NCBI GenBank assembly: GCA_951406725.2 | Contig: OX597834.1 | Location: 14,136,001-14,200,000 of the forward strand | Source of the DNA: Octopus vulgaris | Lineage: Eukaryota | DNA: 64,000 nucleotides | Direction of reading: 5' to 3' | Shown here: positions 14,347 through 29,216 of the stretch, one piece after another | Position numbering within the stretch: the first letter of the stretch is position 1 | Layout: each line of letters opens with the position of its first letter | The notes under the pieces: generated by a model | Seen by the model: only the letters and a program-made list of their open reading frames with translations | Databases searched by the model: none | Told to the model about the DNA's origin: nothing | Position numbers and translations under genes: made by a program

Positions 14347-15163
14347 AATGTGATGTCTATGATCAATAGATTCAGTGTAGCTTGGATAAATCTACCAGAA
14401 GGAGCTGTGCAGACCTAATTAGGAACGAATGAGGAACAAGGTGCAATAACTGGTCTGAAATTATCATAAACATCTCAACAAAAAAGCGTTACTTTAAAAG
14501 CGATACAAAATTACGAGGGAAATGAGTTTATCTGATCAGTAAATACTGCAAACAAATTTCATGGTGTCGTTGAGAATTTCGATGGTTGTGTCATCTGTGG
14601 AATGTCAACTCACCAATAATCATCAAGAGCCACATACTAATCAACGGCTATTCACTCTTTGAATTTATTATCAACTGCTTCTTTCCATCGCCTTCTTCGA
14701 CTCCTGCAACTATTTGGTTTATGTGAAGTAGAAATTGCAAACTAGAGTTGTGAAATAATCATCAATAATAGAATGGAAATGAAACAAAATGGCAAGAAAT
14801 CACTGACACCATCAGCAAGCGTAACATTTCTCGACGCTCGACAACCGGTTCTTTTCGAAAGTTGAGGATTCGTTAAAGGAAAGATACATCCCATGATTGT
14901 GTTGTAGATAAAAAACACTGCAAACTGGAAAAACGTCCACGCTTGATATACAACAAATACAGCAACCTCGAAAGTGATAACAGCTCACAAATAAATTATA
15001 ACTCCTACAGGAAGACAACTCAAAAATTAGAAGTGAAAAAGGAAAAAAATAAATATTCAAATTAGAAAATAACAACGAAATAATTACAAGACAAACAACC
15101 ATAACAAGAACATACACAAGCAATTTCTTGAACTACACTGCATATAAATGCTGATTACTCTTG

Positions 15164-16671
15164 TCTGAGTTCATTCTCACTTAGTGACGCTGCACCAAAC
15201 TCAATCGATGTCAGGAAGACGATAAATAAGACGGTGTGACAAAAAAGACCTGCAATATAAATCTATAAAGAATTCTATGAAAGTGTCTTGGAATAACTTG
15301 AGAAGCAAAGGATTTGGAAAACGGCAGCTGATGCTAGATACTATTACTGAAGTAATTCTCGCTTGGATTGATGATTTCAATATGAAATTAGCCTATGAAA
15401 TATAACAGGGGAATTTGGAGAACTTGGGAACCACATGTTGGGTAAATGAATTCTTGCATTTATTCTACGTTAATCATGTTACTACTTCGAATCGTTTTGT
15501 AAATCCTTGTATATTAGCGTGGAAACTAATTCTAGGTTTAAGAGTCACAGACAACTGCTACAATCGAAAGCAGATTTTATGCAACATAAGCATTGTATAC
15601 CAATGTGAAGTGAGTGGTAAGCATCTCTCTCACATAGAGAAATAATTTAATTTACCATATTATATCAGAGGCATCTCAATCTGGAATTAAGAAGAAAATT
15701 TATTGAACTGGACCCCATGTCAGTGATTTTGGAAAAGTATCACAATAAAAGCGATGTTCCCGGTCAAATAGCCTTTCATATGCCGAGAAAAGAAAAGGGG
15801 ACAAATATACTCCAGATACCAAGAAGCATTACTCGCAACATTCGGAACGTTTGTTTTTCATTAGTACCAGTAAAACTGGTAAAGCAACTTGTATACAGGG
15901 TGAAATTTTGTAGACGTAACCGTTTTGGAGTAAAATGCGAAAATCTAAAAAAAACTTTCTCATACCATTCCAACAACCAGCAACAAGTCTTTGTATATAT
16001 ACCAACGAACAATTTTATGAAATACGCATCGTAATGCACAGATTCTTTGAGGCTGCATTGAATATGGACCTCGTATATTTTCTGCAAATATAAAGTTTTA
16101 TGCAGTGCAATATTATGATGAACGTAGATAGTTTTCATAAAGTTCATTGTAATGTCCACATATAGAAAGTTAACTGCCACCACATTTTTCCAAGTTCTAA
16201 ATGGATATTATCAATAACAGATAGAGTGTATCTTTGCATGGTTACGTTATTTTGAAGAGAAATTACGCAGACAAGCATTCGATTGGCGAGAGAAAGCTGT
16301 GCATTTATCTTGCAGCTAGAGAGCAAAGTAGAAGAAGAATGATAAACACATCGCTAATGACATTTTAATAAACATTTCCTCGGTACGAAACACAAGTTGC
16401 CGCTGTGGCAAATCTAAGAGACAAGAATGTACACATCAGAGAAGGAAATCTATCGGACGGATCTGGGTGTCAAAGACGTATAATGAAGATTACAACGCAT
16501 TCACAAACTGTCAGACCATGGCGTCTAATTGGTTTTCATTTTGATAGTGCTGTGTGCGTATATCCAGCAGAAATTTTGCTGAATATTTCTGAGTTCGTTC
16601 TCACTTAGTGACGCTGCACCAAACTCAATCGAGGCAAGGAAGAGGATAAATAAGACGGTGTGACAAAAAAG
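15164..16671 (+). repeat. 84-bp direct repeats at 15164-15247 and 16588-16671
   Basis: TCTGAGTTC.TTCTCACTTAGTGACGCTGCACCAAACTCAATCGA...GATAAATAAGACGGTGTGACAAAAAAG occurs twice, 1424 bp apart. Confidence 0.93.
15230..16325 (+). pseudogene. Decayed intronless ubiquitin-specific protease (peptidase C19), USP48-like
   Basis: Ordered motifs: CLGIT*E..IW (15284), Cys box NLGTTCWVNEFLHLF (15421), SNRFVNP, His-box-like VDSFHKVHCNVHI (16124-16162), KW, AFILQL (16301). Many stops and frameshifts. Confidence 0.55.
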
Positions 16672-16868
16672 TACGGCAGAATAGTTCTGAGTGTCTCATG
16701 GTGTTGAGGAAACACATTACGTGAATATGACGGTATGCCTAAGGAACATCATAAATTTATGACTGACGTAGATGCCACGATTTTGGCAGAACTGTGGCAA
16801 TGATAAGTCGAAAGACAGCTATCACAGCAGTGTGAGGTAGCTAAACAGGGACACAAACGAAGAGTTTC

Positions 16869-17294
16869 CTTTTACTCTTTACTCTTTTAGTTGTTTCAGC
16901 CATTTCACTGTGGCCATGCTGGAGCACCGCCTTTAGTCGAGCAAATCGACCCCAGAATTTATTCTTTGTAAGCCTTGTACTTATTCTATCGGTCTCTTTT
17001 GCCGAACCGCTAAGTGACGGAGACATAAAATAAACACACCAGCATCGGTTGTCAAGCGATTGTGGGGGACAAACACAGACACAAACATACACACACACCC
17101 ACATATATATATATATATATATACATATATGCGACTAGCTTCTTTCAGTTTCCGTCTACCAAATCCACTCACAAGGCTTTGGTAGGCCCGAGGCTATAGT
17201 AGAAGACACTTGCATAAGATGCCACGCAGTGTGACTGAACCCAGAACTATGTGGTTGGTAAGCAAGCTTCTTACCACACAGCCACTGATACGCC
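16869..17294 (-). mobile_element. SINE family B, full length
   Basis: tRNA-like head, internal (TA)/(TG) tract, AGTAAA-type tail; matches 61386-61810 and 62082-62490. Confidence 0.92.
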
Positions 17295-17794
17295 CATAGC
17301 CATTCTCAATAATAATTTTTGCAGTATCTATCCCCATCTTCAGGAAATAAATTGTGCTTTTGTTAGACATTTAAGGATAGTAGTTAATGTTTGATAACTA
17401 AATGAATTGAGGTTATGTGTGCTTAGATTTTAGGATTGTCGTCGGTAGTCTTGAAATAAAACCGTTTCCTATTCAGGATATGCGCGTGTGTATTTTTATG
17501 TCAGTGTAAATCTATTTAGTGGAAATTTACAGCAGCAATAATAAGAACAGCAACAGTATTGAGGGATAAAAATGAGGAAAAACAATGATACAAATGAAAG
17601 ATTTGTCACAATATTAATTTCTTTATGGAAATGAGGTTTCTTTAAGAAGAAAGAAAGAAATAAAGAATCGGGAAATGAATTAAAGTACGTAAGAAAATTA
17701 GAAACTAATACGGAAAAAAAAAATCTCTAACTAGCGAAACGAGAGAAGAAAATTAAAAAAGACAAATACAATAAGAGGGCGATTGTAATTGAAA

Positions 17795-17802
17795 TAATAA
17801 CG

Positions 17803-17845
<43 letters not shown>

Positions 17846-17922
17846 TAATGATAATAATAATACTAATAATAATGATAATAATAATAATAATAATAATGAT
17901 AATAATAATAATAATAATAATG

Positions 17923-17956
<34 letters not shown>

Positions 17957-17972
17957 TAATAATAATAATAAT

Positions 17973-18032
<60 letters not shown>

Positions 18033-18074
18033 AACAAGAACAAGAGGAATATAATAATGAAGAAGAAGAAGAAC

Positions 18075-18155
<81 letters not shown>

Positions 18156-18240
18156 AAGAAGAACAACAACAACAACAACAACAACAAGAGGAGTATAATG
18201 ATGAAGAAGAAGAACAATAATAATAATGATAATACTAATA
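17795..18240. repeat. (AAT)n/(AAG)n/(AAC)n microsatellite
   Basis: Direct reading. Confidence 0.97.
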
Positions 18241-18353
18241 AAAGATTGAGAGGTCATCGAAATGGAAACGAGTCAGGAAGTGGTGCAATATAAAAGGAGA
18301 AAGGGAAAAAAGAATTTACGCAAACGTACACATACACTAGTAAACATACAGAT

Positions 18354-18389
<36 letters not shown>

Positions 18390-19559
18390 ACACACACACA
18401 CACATTAGATATAACAGGAAAACTGATAACAGCAGCAACAAAAGGTCCAGGAAGGCAATAGAGCCATAATAGTTGTCGAATATATACAGAATTAAAATTA
18501 GAGCCGTTTAGCATTCGCTTAATATGTATAAGAATTGATTCGAGGGCAACGGGAATACTGTCATTACTTTAGTTTCTTTAAGTTTTTCTTTATTTTTGAT
18601 ATGGCGGCCATTTTGGAAACCGCATGAGAAGCAACGGAAGCGTTTAAAATAGCAGTATCTTACTAAGATTTCAACAAAATAAGAGAAGAAATACCAAGAT
18701 GTATGGGAGATTAAAGAAAAAAAAACATAAAACATCTTGTCATTCTTGGAATACTAATCAACGTAGCAGATGTTATATGAAGGAGAAATAATATTTAGAA
18801 CAGTGAATGGAAGAGGCATGAGTAATATAGTGAGATTATCAATAGTAGGAACGTGAACAGAGTCGGGAATAACAATAGCGAATGTTGTTTAAGAAATTAC
18901 AGTAACGATGGAAATAGCAGCATCGTCATTGAAAGAGTTGAAGTGAAATGAAAATATAAAAAAAATAGAGTAGGAAAAACTGGGAAATAAATTACAGTCG
19001 TTTTGAATTTGTCGTATCGTACTTAAAATACTGAAGCTAGAACGATAAACCAAAGAAGAAAAAAATATGAATTGGAATCAGAGTAGTAGCTGTAATTTGT
19101 ACATTATTGGAAATAACAGCAGCAACAACAACAGCAAGCAACAGCAAGCAAAACATCAGCGATAAGATTAACATGACGGAAAAAATACAGCGATGATAGG
19201 AATATATAATCAATGCTTAGAATATCAGCGACAGTAATATATGTACGGATATAGGAAAAAAGCAACGGTGTGGAATACAGAAGTAACGAAACATCAGTAG
19301 CGACAACAACGTCAATCAACGATGAAGATAAAACGTACATTTGACCTTTTCGATATAAGTATATATTCTCACCGTCGTTATATTCTACACTACAATTCCA
19401 CGCAATTTCCAGGCAGCTCACTCGTATAGAAACTCTTCATCATACAAACAACATACTTTTTCTGGGACCCTTCATTAGCTTCATTACACGTGTCATCTGC
19501 TAGTTTTTCTTTTTTCCATTTTGGTAGATAATTCTTCAACCAATGTTCGTTGTTGTTGT

Positions 19560-19869
<310 letters not shown>

Positions 19870-20497
19870 TGTTTGACTTTTGCTTTACATTTGCACAAGC
19901 TGGTTCCAAGTCTCACTCAGAGACCTCAAGAGACAACAAGTTGGAAGTTCATGCTGGTGTAATGCCTAGGGTGCCATATATTTAGTTTTGTACTTAGTGT
20001 TGTACTAGAGAATATCTAAAAAAAAAAAAGCAGACGGAAATTATGTTTGTTTTAAAACTTAAGATTACATAGAAAGTATTTTGTGTAGGATATGAGCAGT
20101 TCCCATGAGCACTATCTTTTGAATTTCTGTCGTGTTCGGGTTTCCTGGTTTCTGAGTTAGGTAGCAACGCGCCCATTTCGCTATCATTCCTAGGGCACCT
20201 ATGACAACATGTATTGTTTTAGTCTTCAGGTTCCACAAGTTGCTGATTTCTATTTCAAGATCTTCCTATTTGCTCAGTTTCTGGTAGGTCTTGACAGGTA
20301 CGTTTATATCGATTGGGACAGTCATATCAATGAGGAGGCCTGATTTTTGTCTGAAGTCTTTCTTTAATGTCTGGCCTGTTCGTGTCTATCTTTCTGTCAG
20401 TTTGAATGGTGAAATTCCAGAGGAGTGAGATGTGGTTATTTTCAAGCACTGGAGGTGGTTTGTGTTCCCACCAGTTTTTATCATGGGGCAAGTCCAC
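19870..20497 (-). mobile_element. R4/Dong-clade non-LTR retrotransposon 3' end (restriction-like endonuclease plus 3' UTR)
   Basis: WWEHKPPPVLEN..LLWNFTIQTDRKIDTNRPDI..IDMTVPID..VVIGALG..IQKIVLMGTAHILHKILSM* (stop 20065-20067). The 3' end joins (TAA)n, the known Dong target. Confidence 0.85.
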
Positions 20498-20650
20498 GCT
20501 TCAAAAGATTTAAATAAATCTGACAGTTGATAAGACCATATACAAGCTACGAAAACAGAAAACAACTCCTGAAGCATGCAATTTAAAATTATAGGCGTTG
20601 GTATGGCTGTGTGGGTAGCAATAACAATTTTCAACATAACTGTTTCGTTC

Positions 20651-21273
20651 AGAGATAACGAAATTAAAATTTTCTAAAGGTTAGTTGCCCGCTATCAGTT
20701 CAATTTTCCTGTAACAAGTGGATTATATGTAGATAAATCAGTGTATTGACTATAGAATAACCTTCTTTAGCGCTTAAATATAAGATGTTTATAGTTCAAC
20801 CGTAAAGGTTTTTTAAATATACTGCCACGCTTTTTGATGGAATACTTTTCTGTAGAGAAAGGGACTTCATCCTATATTGTTAGTAGTAAACTCACTGCTT
20901 GTTACAAGGGGACCGGTAACCATTACAATATGTAGCGGCGATAGGTCAACACGTTGTTCTGAGACTGACCAAGGAATTTTTATTTTTAGATATAAATGAT
21001 GTACTTAAATGTGGTTGTGTCTTTAGCTTCTGCTTTTTCCATGATCACATGTGAGTATTTCATTTATGTTCCCTCGTAAGCTCTACTGAAGAAGAATATA
21101 TCCTTTATAGGGATTAATTCCAAAATTGATTCAATATAGAGATAACGCAATTTAAATTTTCTAAAGGTTAGTTGCCCGCTTTCAGTTCAATTTTCCTGTA
21201 ACAAGTGGATTATAAGTGGATAAATCAGTGTATTGGCTATAGAATAACCTTATTTAGCCCTTAATTATAAGAT
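20651..21273 (+). mobile_element. Retrozyme/PLE pLTR-like partial tandem: 487-bp monomer plus 136-bp repeat with degenerate HHR
   Basis: Direct repeats 20651-20786 and 21138-21273; HHR fold at 21081-21141; 3' end at (TA)n. Confidence 0.7.
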
Positions 21274-21299
21274 ATATATATATATATATATATATATGC

Positions 21300-21945
21300 A
21301 TAATAAATTTATCCTCATCATTATCAATCTCATTTTCAGGTGCATCTTCATACAACTTGTCTCCTGATGGAAGTCCATATTTCTTACATATTTCCCAGTG
21401 GATTGTCTTTGCTTTGCAACAATTTCATGTCTCATAGACTTATACTGATTCCGTGCGAGCTTATAACATTCACCGAGTATGTAGCTCAATGTTTCTTCTC
21501 GATATTTGCAGAATCTGCGCAATGGTAACACAGTACATACTTTCCTACATCTTGCACTTTTTGTCCACAGGGCTTCATCCTAAGCAGCACGATTAAACCT
21601 TCTCTCTCTTCTTCGAAAATTCCCTTTCCCCAACAAATCCGCATGCCTCTTCGCCTCTTTCTATTTCAGTATTGATCATAAACTGAGGCTGTAAATCTTT
21701 TCCGTTATAACTTTGCTATTTCGTTTCCCATACTTCATCTTTATTTTATCCTTATCTTAGTATGCTTGCATTGCTTATCGGTGCAAGCAATTCTTCAGGG
21801 TATCGTTAGCATACCGACTGAGACATTTTCCTTCCATCTTCACACAGTCCTCCACATTGATCAATGCTCTTCCTCCTCCGTTTTCCCGTTTAACATACAG
21901 TCTGTCCTCATCTGCCCTCTTCTACAAAGCCTTATATGTTATCTT
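21300..21945 (-). mobile_element. Second R4/Dong-type fragment (region C-terminal to the RT core, with zinc knuckle)
   Basis: DRLYVKRENGGGRALI...RFCKYREETLSYILGECYKLARNQYKSMRHEIVAK / IHWEICKKYGL. Confidence 0.75.
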
Positions 21946-22759
21946 TATTTATCGACTCCTTCGATCAATAAATTGCTTTCACAACACTGTAAATCAACTT
22001 CGAAACGAACAAAAGAAAATTTGAAATTTTAAAATTCTGCAATGCACATATTACCGCGTCTTGTTTTCAAGTTTAGAGATTCAGGTGACGGGCGATAATT
22101 TGTATTCGATATAACCGTGATTATCAATGTCCTTAAGATAATAATAGGACAACTGGAAACAATAGAGACGGATAAAGAAAGAATCCCAGAGAATCATACA
22201 GAAATTCAAGCATCAAGCGATGTCCCTTCCGTCTATCGATAGGTAGTAGAAGTAAATAATATATTTATCTCCTACTCGTATTCACTGACTCCGTTTCTCT
22301 TTCCCACTTTCTATCTTTCAGTGTCTCTCTTTCGCTACTGGAATCTTCGAACCGATATCATGACCTGAACGAAATATTTAGGAAAATATCATATATTTTG
22401 TTGTTATATTTTGAGTCTTTTATTCGGCATCATATATTTGCTTCTTGTTTGCTGGTATCAAGCTAGCAAATAAACACACTATTTCAAAGAGCCGTAGGCA
22501 TTTCATGATCGAGATGACATTTCCAACTGAATTTAATGCAAATTCTTGAATTTAGTATCTTTATATTTTTATTCCTTCATTCGCTCACTCATTCAATCAT
22601 TCTTTCATTCTGCTTTTCTTTTATTTATTTCTTTTTTTTTTAATTCTTACGTTCTCTCATGTGTTGTGTTAGTTTTGAATAAATTTCAGATTTTTATCCC
22701 ATCATTTTCATCACCATTATCAACACGAACATCAAGATGTTTATCGCTGCGTTTTATCA

Positions 22760-22865
22760 GATCATCATCATCATCATCATAAGCATCCTAATCAAGATCG
22801 TGGGCATTGTCGTTATCAGCATCAACTTCATCATCGTCGGCGTCGACGTCATCGCACTTGTCGTT

Positions 22866-22939
<74 letters not shown>

Positions 22940-23021
22940 TATCATTATTATCATGACCATGATCGTTATCATCGACGTCCTCGTCGTCATACTCATAAAC
23001 ATCAGCAGCGTAATTGCCATT

Positions 23022-23107
<86 letters not shown>

Positions 23108-23137
23108 AATCATCATCATCATCATCATCATCATCAA

Positions 23138-23218
<81 letters not shown>

Positions 23219-23684
23219 CACCATCGTCGTCGTCGTCGTCATCATCATCATCATCATCATCGGCGTCATCGTCAGCATTATCGTTATTTATCATCATTGC
23301 AATCGTTATTTATGGGGCAATCAACGTCGGCGACATCAACATCGTCCTCCTCCACCCACTCCTACTGCTCCTCGTCTCCAATTCCCAGGCCATTATCATC
23401 ATTTTAATGATCATAATCATGCCCCTCCTAATCATCTTCCTCACCATCATCATTAGCATCAGCATCATGATCACCATCATCATCATTATCATCATCATCA
23501 TCATCATTATCATCATCATTATCATCGTCATCATTATTGCCATCATCATCATCATATTCATCATCATCATCATCATCACCATCATCATCATCGTCATCCT
23601 TATTGCCATCATCATCACCTTCATCATCATTATCATCATCATCATCATCATCATCATCATCGTCGTCGTCATCATCATTATTGC

Positions 23685-23769
<85 letters not shown>

Positions 23770-23870
23770 GTCGTCGTCGTCGTCGTCGTCATCATTATTG
23801 CCAGCATCATCATCATCATGTTCACCTTCATCATCATCATCTTCATCATCAACAGGAGCATCATCTTCCC
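22760..23870. repeat. ~1.1-kb (CAT)n/(CGT)n microsatellite
   Basis: Direct reading. Confidence 0.97.
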
Positions 23871-24114
23871 TGCCATGTTGCACCTTTCTTCAGCCGTGCG
23901 ATTTGATTTAGTAGTTCATACAACGGGTTGCTGAAAAGTTTCTGGGTTCAATGGCATCACGAAAAGTCTGGTAGGGGACCCAGACTTACGTAATCTTTTA
24001 CAGACCTTTGAAAAGTTCCTGGTTTCAAGGGTATCACGAAAAGCCTGGTCCGAATCCCAACCTTCCAATATATATATATATATATGTATATACACAACTA
24101 TGTATGTATATATG

Positions 24115-24232
<118 letters not shown>

Positions 24233-25959
24233 GCATATAATTACCACACCATATGTATTTCACCGAATGAGCGCATATATACATATTTGTCGATGAATTT
24301 ATCTAATAAAGAACTACTTTTCTTCTCCGCATTCAATACAGATAAATATCTTGCCTGTAATCATGCTACTGTTATTCTTTAATTGATATTCACATTTGAT
24401 GAGAAATATTACCTGAGAATCATGATCAGAGAGTAAATCAACGATGCATTGCTCACCTTTCCACAAATACATTTAGAATAATAGACAAATCTCTCATAAA
24501 AATAAAATTAAAATAATGAGGATTTTTCATATGAATAATAAGCGAGTCCGTTTCCGGTTAGTGAAATGGTCGTCCGTGATTTAAATGTGGATAAGACCTT
24601 CCAGATACTAATCATGGGACTGGTAGTTGAAATAGTTTTAATTTTGGCATTATGCTTTTGACAAACACCACTCAATACCTAACACTTGATACTACAAATC
24701 TTAATAAATATCTGTTAATAAAATTGGATGTCAACTATCTGGACAATAAATTACTTAAAACACATTACGAACGAAGAGATTTTGCAAGGCAATTCATACT
24801 GGAAATGCCGGGAGGAAGACACGGGAGAGAAGCTGTTAAACAGAGAAACTGTCATAGGGAAGAATGAAAATGGTGTAAAAGCTTTAATATGTCGATACTG
24901 AAGGGAAAATAGCGCAATAAATGAACAGAATACCCACGGGTGTATTATGTAATCTGCATGATAATTGCGGGGTGGATGAAAAATATCAAATGTTACCTTG
25001 CATTATACCAAACATAATTATTATGAATTTCAGCTGAGTTTTATGGTTGCACTCGAGGCGTAGAATTGAGATTAATTCTAATGCATATATCAGAGTCGAT
25101 TTTGTTGGAAGATTTGCATTCGTATGCAAAACAAGCATTCCAAACTTTTACTAGTTATAGAACAGCAAAAAGTCAACTACAAATCTGATCACATATAAAC
25201 TAAATTCATTGGGAAAAAAGACAGAATTTAAATACATTTGACGGTTTCACTCTGGAGTTAGAGAGGTGTTTAACTCTGAAAGATAAAGAAAAAACGTGCC
25301 ATGAAATATAATTTAGCTAAACAAATTGTATTCTGTAACCATGTTAGATAGATTTACTAAAAAAAAAATTATTACGCTTTCAAAACTTACTTTTTTTATC
25401 AGTTTAGAAAGAAATTGTATACGTAATTTACTTTGTATTTGTACCAATAAAACTTCGGAATAAATCATTCCTAAAACATACCTATGCTGATACAGAAATG
25501 GGTGCAAAATCACTAAATTCTGCCAGTGAATGTGCATTAAAAATTACCTTATACTCCGTAAGGAACTAATTCATCAAGTGGGTTACAGCCCTTGAATATG
25601 CTACACTCAATATTTTAGAAAGACCAGTTGAAAATCTAATTAAATACGCACATTAACTAATTGATATACATTCAGTTGTAAAATATGGAGGGCGCGGGCG
25701 GAGAATTCAAATTTTTCACTGTGTTACGAATGAATAGAACAGTTTACATGATTTATACATTGAATATAATTTCATTGTTTTATTCGTCACTTGTAAAATT
25801 TTACTTCAAAAACTGATAACAATTATAGAAGTGTGACTAAATTTTCTTACACATGTCTGCATCTTATAGATATAGTCTTAGTAAAATTGTGTATATATAT
25901 ATATATATATAAGATTGTACTAAGACTATATCTATATACACGACGTCTTCTGTCGGATT

Positions 25960-26100
25960 AAGTATAAAAATTCCAATCATAAATCTTTGGTCAGTCAGAG
26001 ATTATGAAACACACAAGCACAAAGTGCCATACAGTAGGATTGAACTCGAAACCATGTGGTTGGGAAAGCAAACTACTCAACACACAGCCACTCCTACGCA
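25960..26100 (-). mobile_element. SINE family B, degenerate 5' half
   Basis: GGATTGAACTCGAAACCATGTGGTTGG...CACACAGCCACTCCTACGC. Confidence 0.7.
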
Positions 26101-26104
26101 CTTA

Positions 26105-26153
<49 letters not shown>

Positions 26154-26160
26154 GTATATA

Positions 26161-26210
<50 letters not shown>

Positions 26211-26227
26211 TATAGATATATATATTT

Positions 26228-26266
<39 letters not shown>

Positions 26267-26707
26267 GTACATACACCTTCATTTGCAAAAGCAATATAAA
26301 TGTCCAGCCTTATACTCGCTACATGAAACAATATAACAAAACAAAGACAATTATTACAAGTAAGTATAAATAAATATAGTATGCTTGATTTATGAAATGA
26401 CTGTAACAGTCATGAAGGCTTATATTTTTGACAGTTGAACTCATTTGGACGTGTAGAGATATTAGACGTAACTATTATATTTATGTAAATTAAATATTGG
26501 TTCCGTTAAGAACGTATTAGCGTACAAATAGAGCTCATTAACCCTTAGTATTCCGAAATAGCCGGTAGTTATATTATGGTAGGCTACCAGTTCTAGTCTT
26601 AGGTATTCCCCATGTGTGAAAATAAAAAGTAAAGAGTAAAATAGTCAAAAGGAAAAGTACGAACGATTCGGCAGCTTTTTAATGGTCACTACAATGTAAT
26701 TACATTG

Positions 26708-27158
26708 GGATCTTTTCGGTTTGAACGGCATTTTTTTCTAGCGGTGTCATATGAAATTGTCACCCATAATTATGACCCTAGTATCGGTCTATTGCATTTT
26801 AATCTATTTTATGGTTAGGCGTGGAGGAAGGGTTAGTTAGGGTTAGGGTTACGGTTAAGGGTGGGGGAAGGCTATCTTTTCTTCTTCACAAATGTAAATA
26901 AACCCAATCTGTTTCTTAAACGAAGGACATTTTCATACAGCAGAGAATGTTTTCACCCCAATAGACGGTCATTGATTGGTTGAAATTGCAGAATTGAAGA
27001 AGAAAAACAACAAATATCTTACAAACCATAGCATTTTCTCAATACAGCCAAGGGAAAAATATTTTTTATAAACACATTCTACCAGTATACCAAGTTTAAA
27101 AGTGTTTAGTTACGTGGAAAATATTTTTAAAAAACTGCCGTTCAAACCGAAAAGATCC
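26708..27158 (+). mobile_element. Non-autonomous DNA transposon (MITE) with GG-starting TIRs and 8-bp TSD
   Basis: TIRs GGATCTTTTCGGTTTGAACGGCA / TGCCGTTCAAACCGAAAAGATCC; TSD TTACATTG / TAACATTG; internal TTAGGG-like tract; second copy at 60395. Confidence 0.92.
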
Positions 27159-27397
27159 TAACATTGAAATCAAAATTTACTTGCGGGGACAGCCATTAAA
27201 TATTACCCGAGGAGGTACGTATGGATCTTATTATAGAGGTAAATCGTTACCTGATTTGATTCAATTTTCATTTTAATTTTAATTTAAATCCTGTATATAT
27301 ACTTAGGTCTATATGTATCAATACCTTTCTAGTGATCATTAAAAAGCTGCTTAACCGTAATAAATCTTCCTTTTGACTCTTTTAATCTTTACCTTAT

Positions 27398-27813
<416 letters not shown>

Positions 27814-28880
27814 GAATTTTTGAATTTAGATAACTGACCCCCAGCATTAATTCTGTGAATCACCCGGGGGCCGCTGAGCCCAGGGTGAGAACTGCTGTTC
27901 TAGACAAAATTTGGATCAAGAGGCAAAAACAAAAGCGGCCTGCCTTTAATTTTACAGTCAGGATGACATTACCAGTACCGCGTAGTTTTAGTTATGAAAA
28001 GCTTACGTCAGATATCTAAGTGGAAAGGACATTTAGCGTGCACAAACTCCCACGCACTGCGTGTATGCATGCATGCATGTGTCAGGACCAACTAAATCAA
28101 TACTGTTAAATTTAGTGAATATTTCAATATATTGAATACTTATAGAAAGGCAATTTTTTAACCAGAATATTTTAGTGCCTTAATTTTCTTTTCCTAAGCC
28201 TAGATAAAAGCGGACGTACTACCAATTTGAATAAGGAGACAGAAACTAGATTAAATTGATCAAATGTAGCTTCACATATTTAAATCTACCAAACGATTGC
28301 ATCAATATTAATTTTGAGATAAAAGAACTTAACAGACATCCACATATGTTCAATAGGTAATAAGGTAGAAAGATGAAATCTGTAGCTCGAATTTAATAAA
28401 CATGGGAAGATAACTACAGCTGCCTTCAAAGACAAAGATGATAATCAGATGAACAACACATCGAATTCGAAATATAGAATTAAAGCTTACGATCGAATAA
28501 ATTATTGCATTTCTAAGATAAGAGTAAATAAGTAAATTATATGCAATGAAATTTCTTGCAAAAAAATTGAATTTTTTAAGGATACACTCATCGCATTACG
28601 ATTAAGAAATAAACTTGCACTTGTTGTACAGTGTTATTTAAAATAAAGTTGGGGCGTAGAAAGCTAGGGACCGTAGCACATACTACAAAGATGTTGGCGC
28701 AAAATACATCCGCAGTAACACATGGGTTCGTTCATATATATGGGGAGTGGTTTTGAATATATTGTACGTTTCTGATATTTTTACAAAGGTGCGTATCTAT
28801 ATTTGACTTAGCATGAAGGAAAAGTGCAAGTTATTCTAACAAACCTTGAACCACTTTGTATTTTACAGAGTCCACAATTT

Positions 28881-29010
<130 letters not shown>

Positions 29011-29152
29011 AAGAGGCTTCCAAACAGGAGAGCGTTGTGCTAGAACACTAAAAAGGGATAAATTCACGAATTAAAAACATTTACCATCTCAGCTATTTCC
29101 CAGTGCTAGGCCACTGCTAATAATAATTTATTATTACCCTATTTTATTATGT

Positions 29153-29212
<60 letters not shown>

Positions 29213-29216
29213 GGGC

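Noticed and set aside
23921-24065. Novel small repeat
   Set aside because: Looks like a duplicated mariner-type TIR remnant; too short to classify.
26812-26870. Telomere
   Set aside because: Only a few imperfect TTAGGG units, internal to a MITE present twice.
27835-27904. hAT MITE end (..GAGAACTGCTG followed by TTCTAGA)
   Set aside because: I could not find the partner TIR or TSD.
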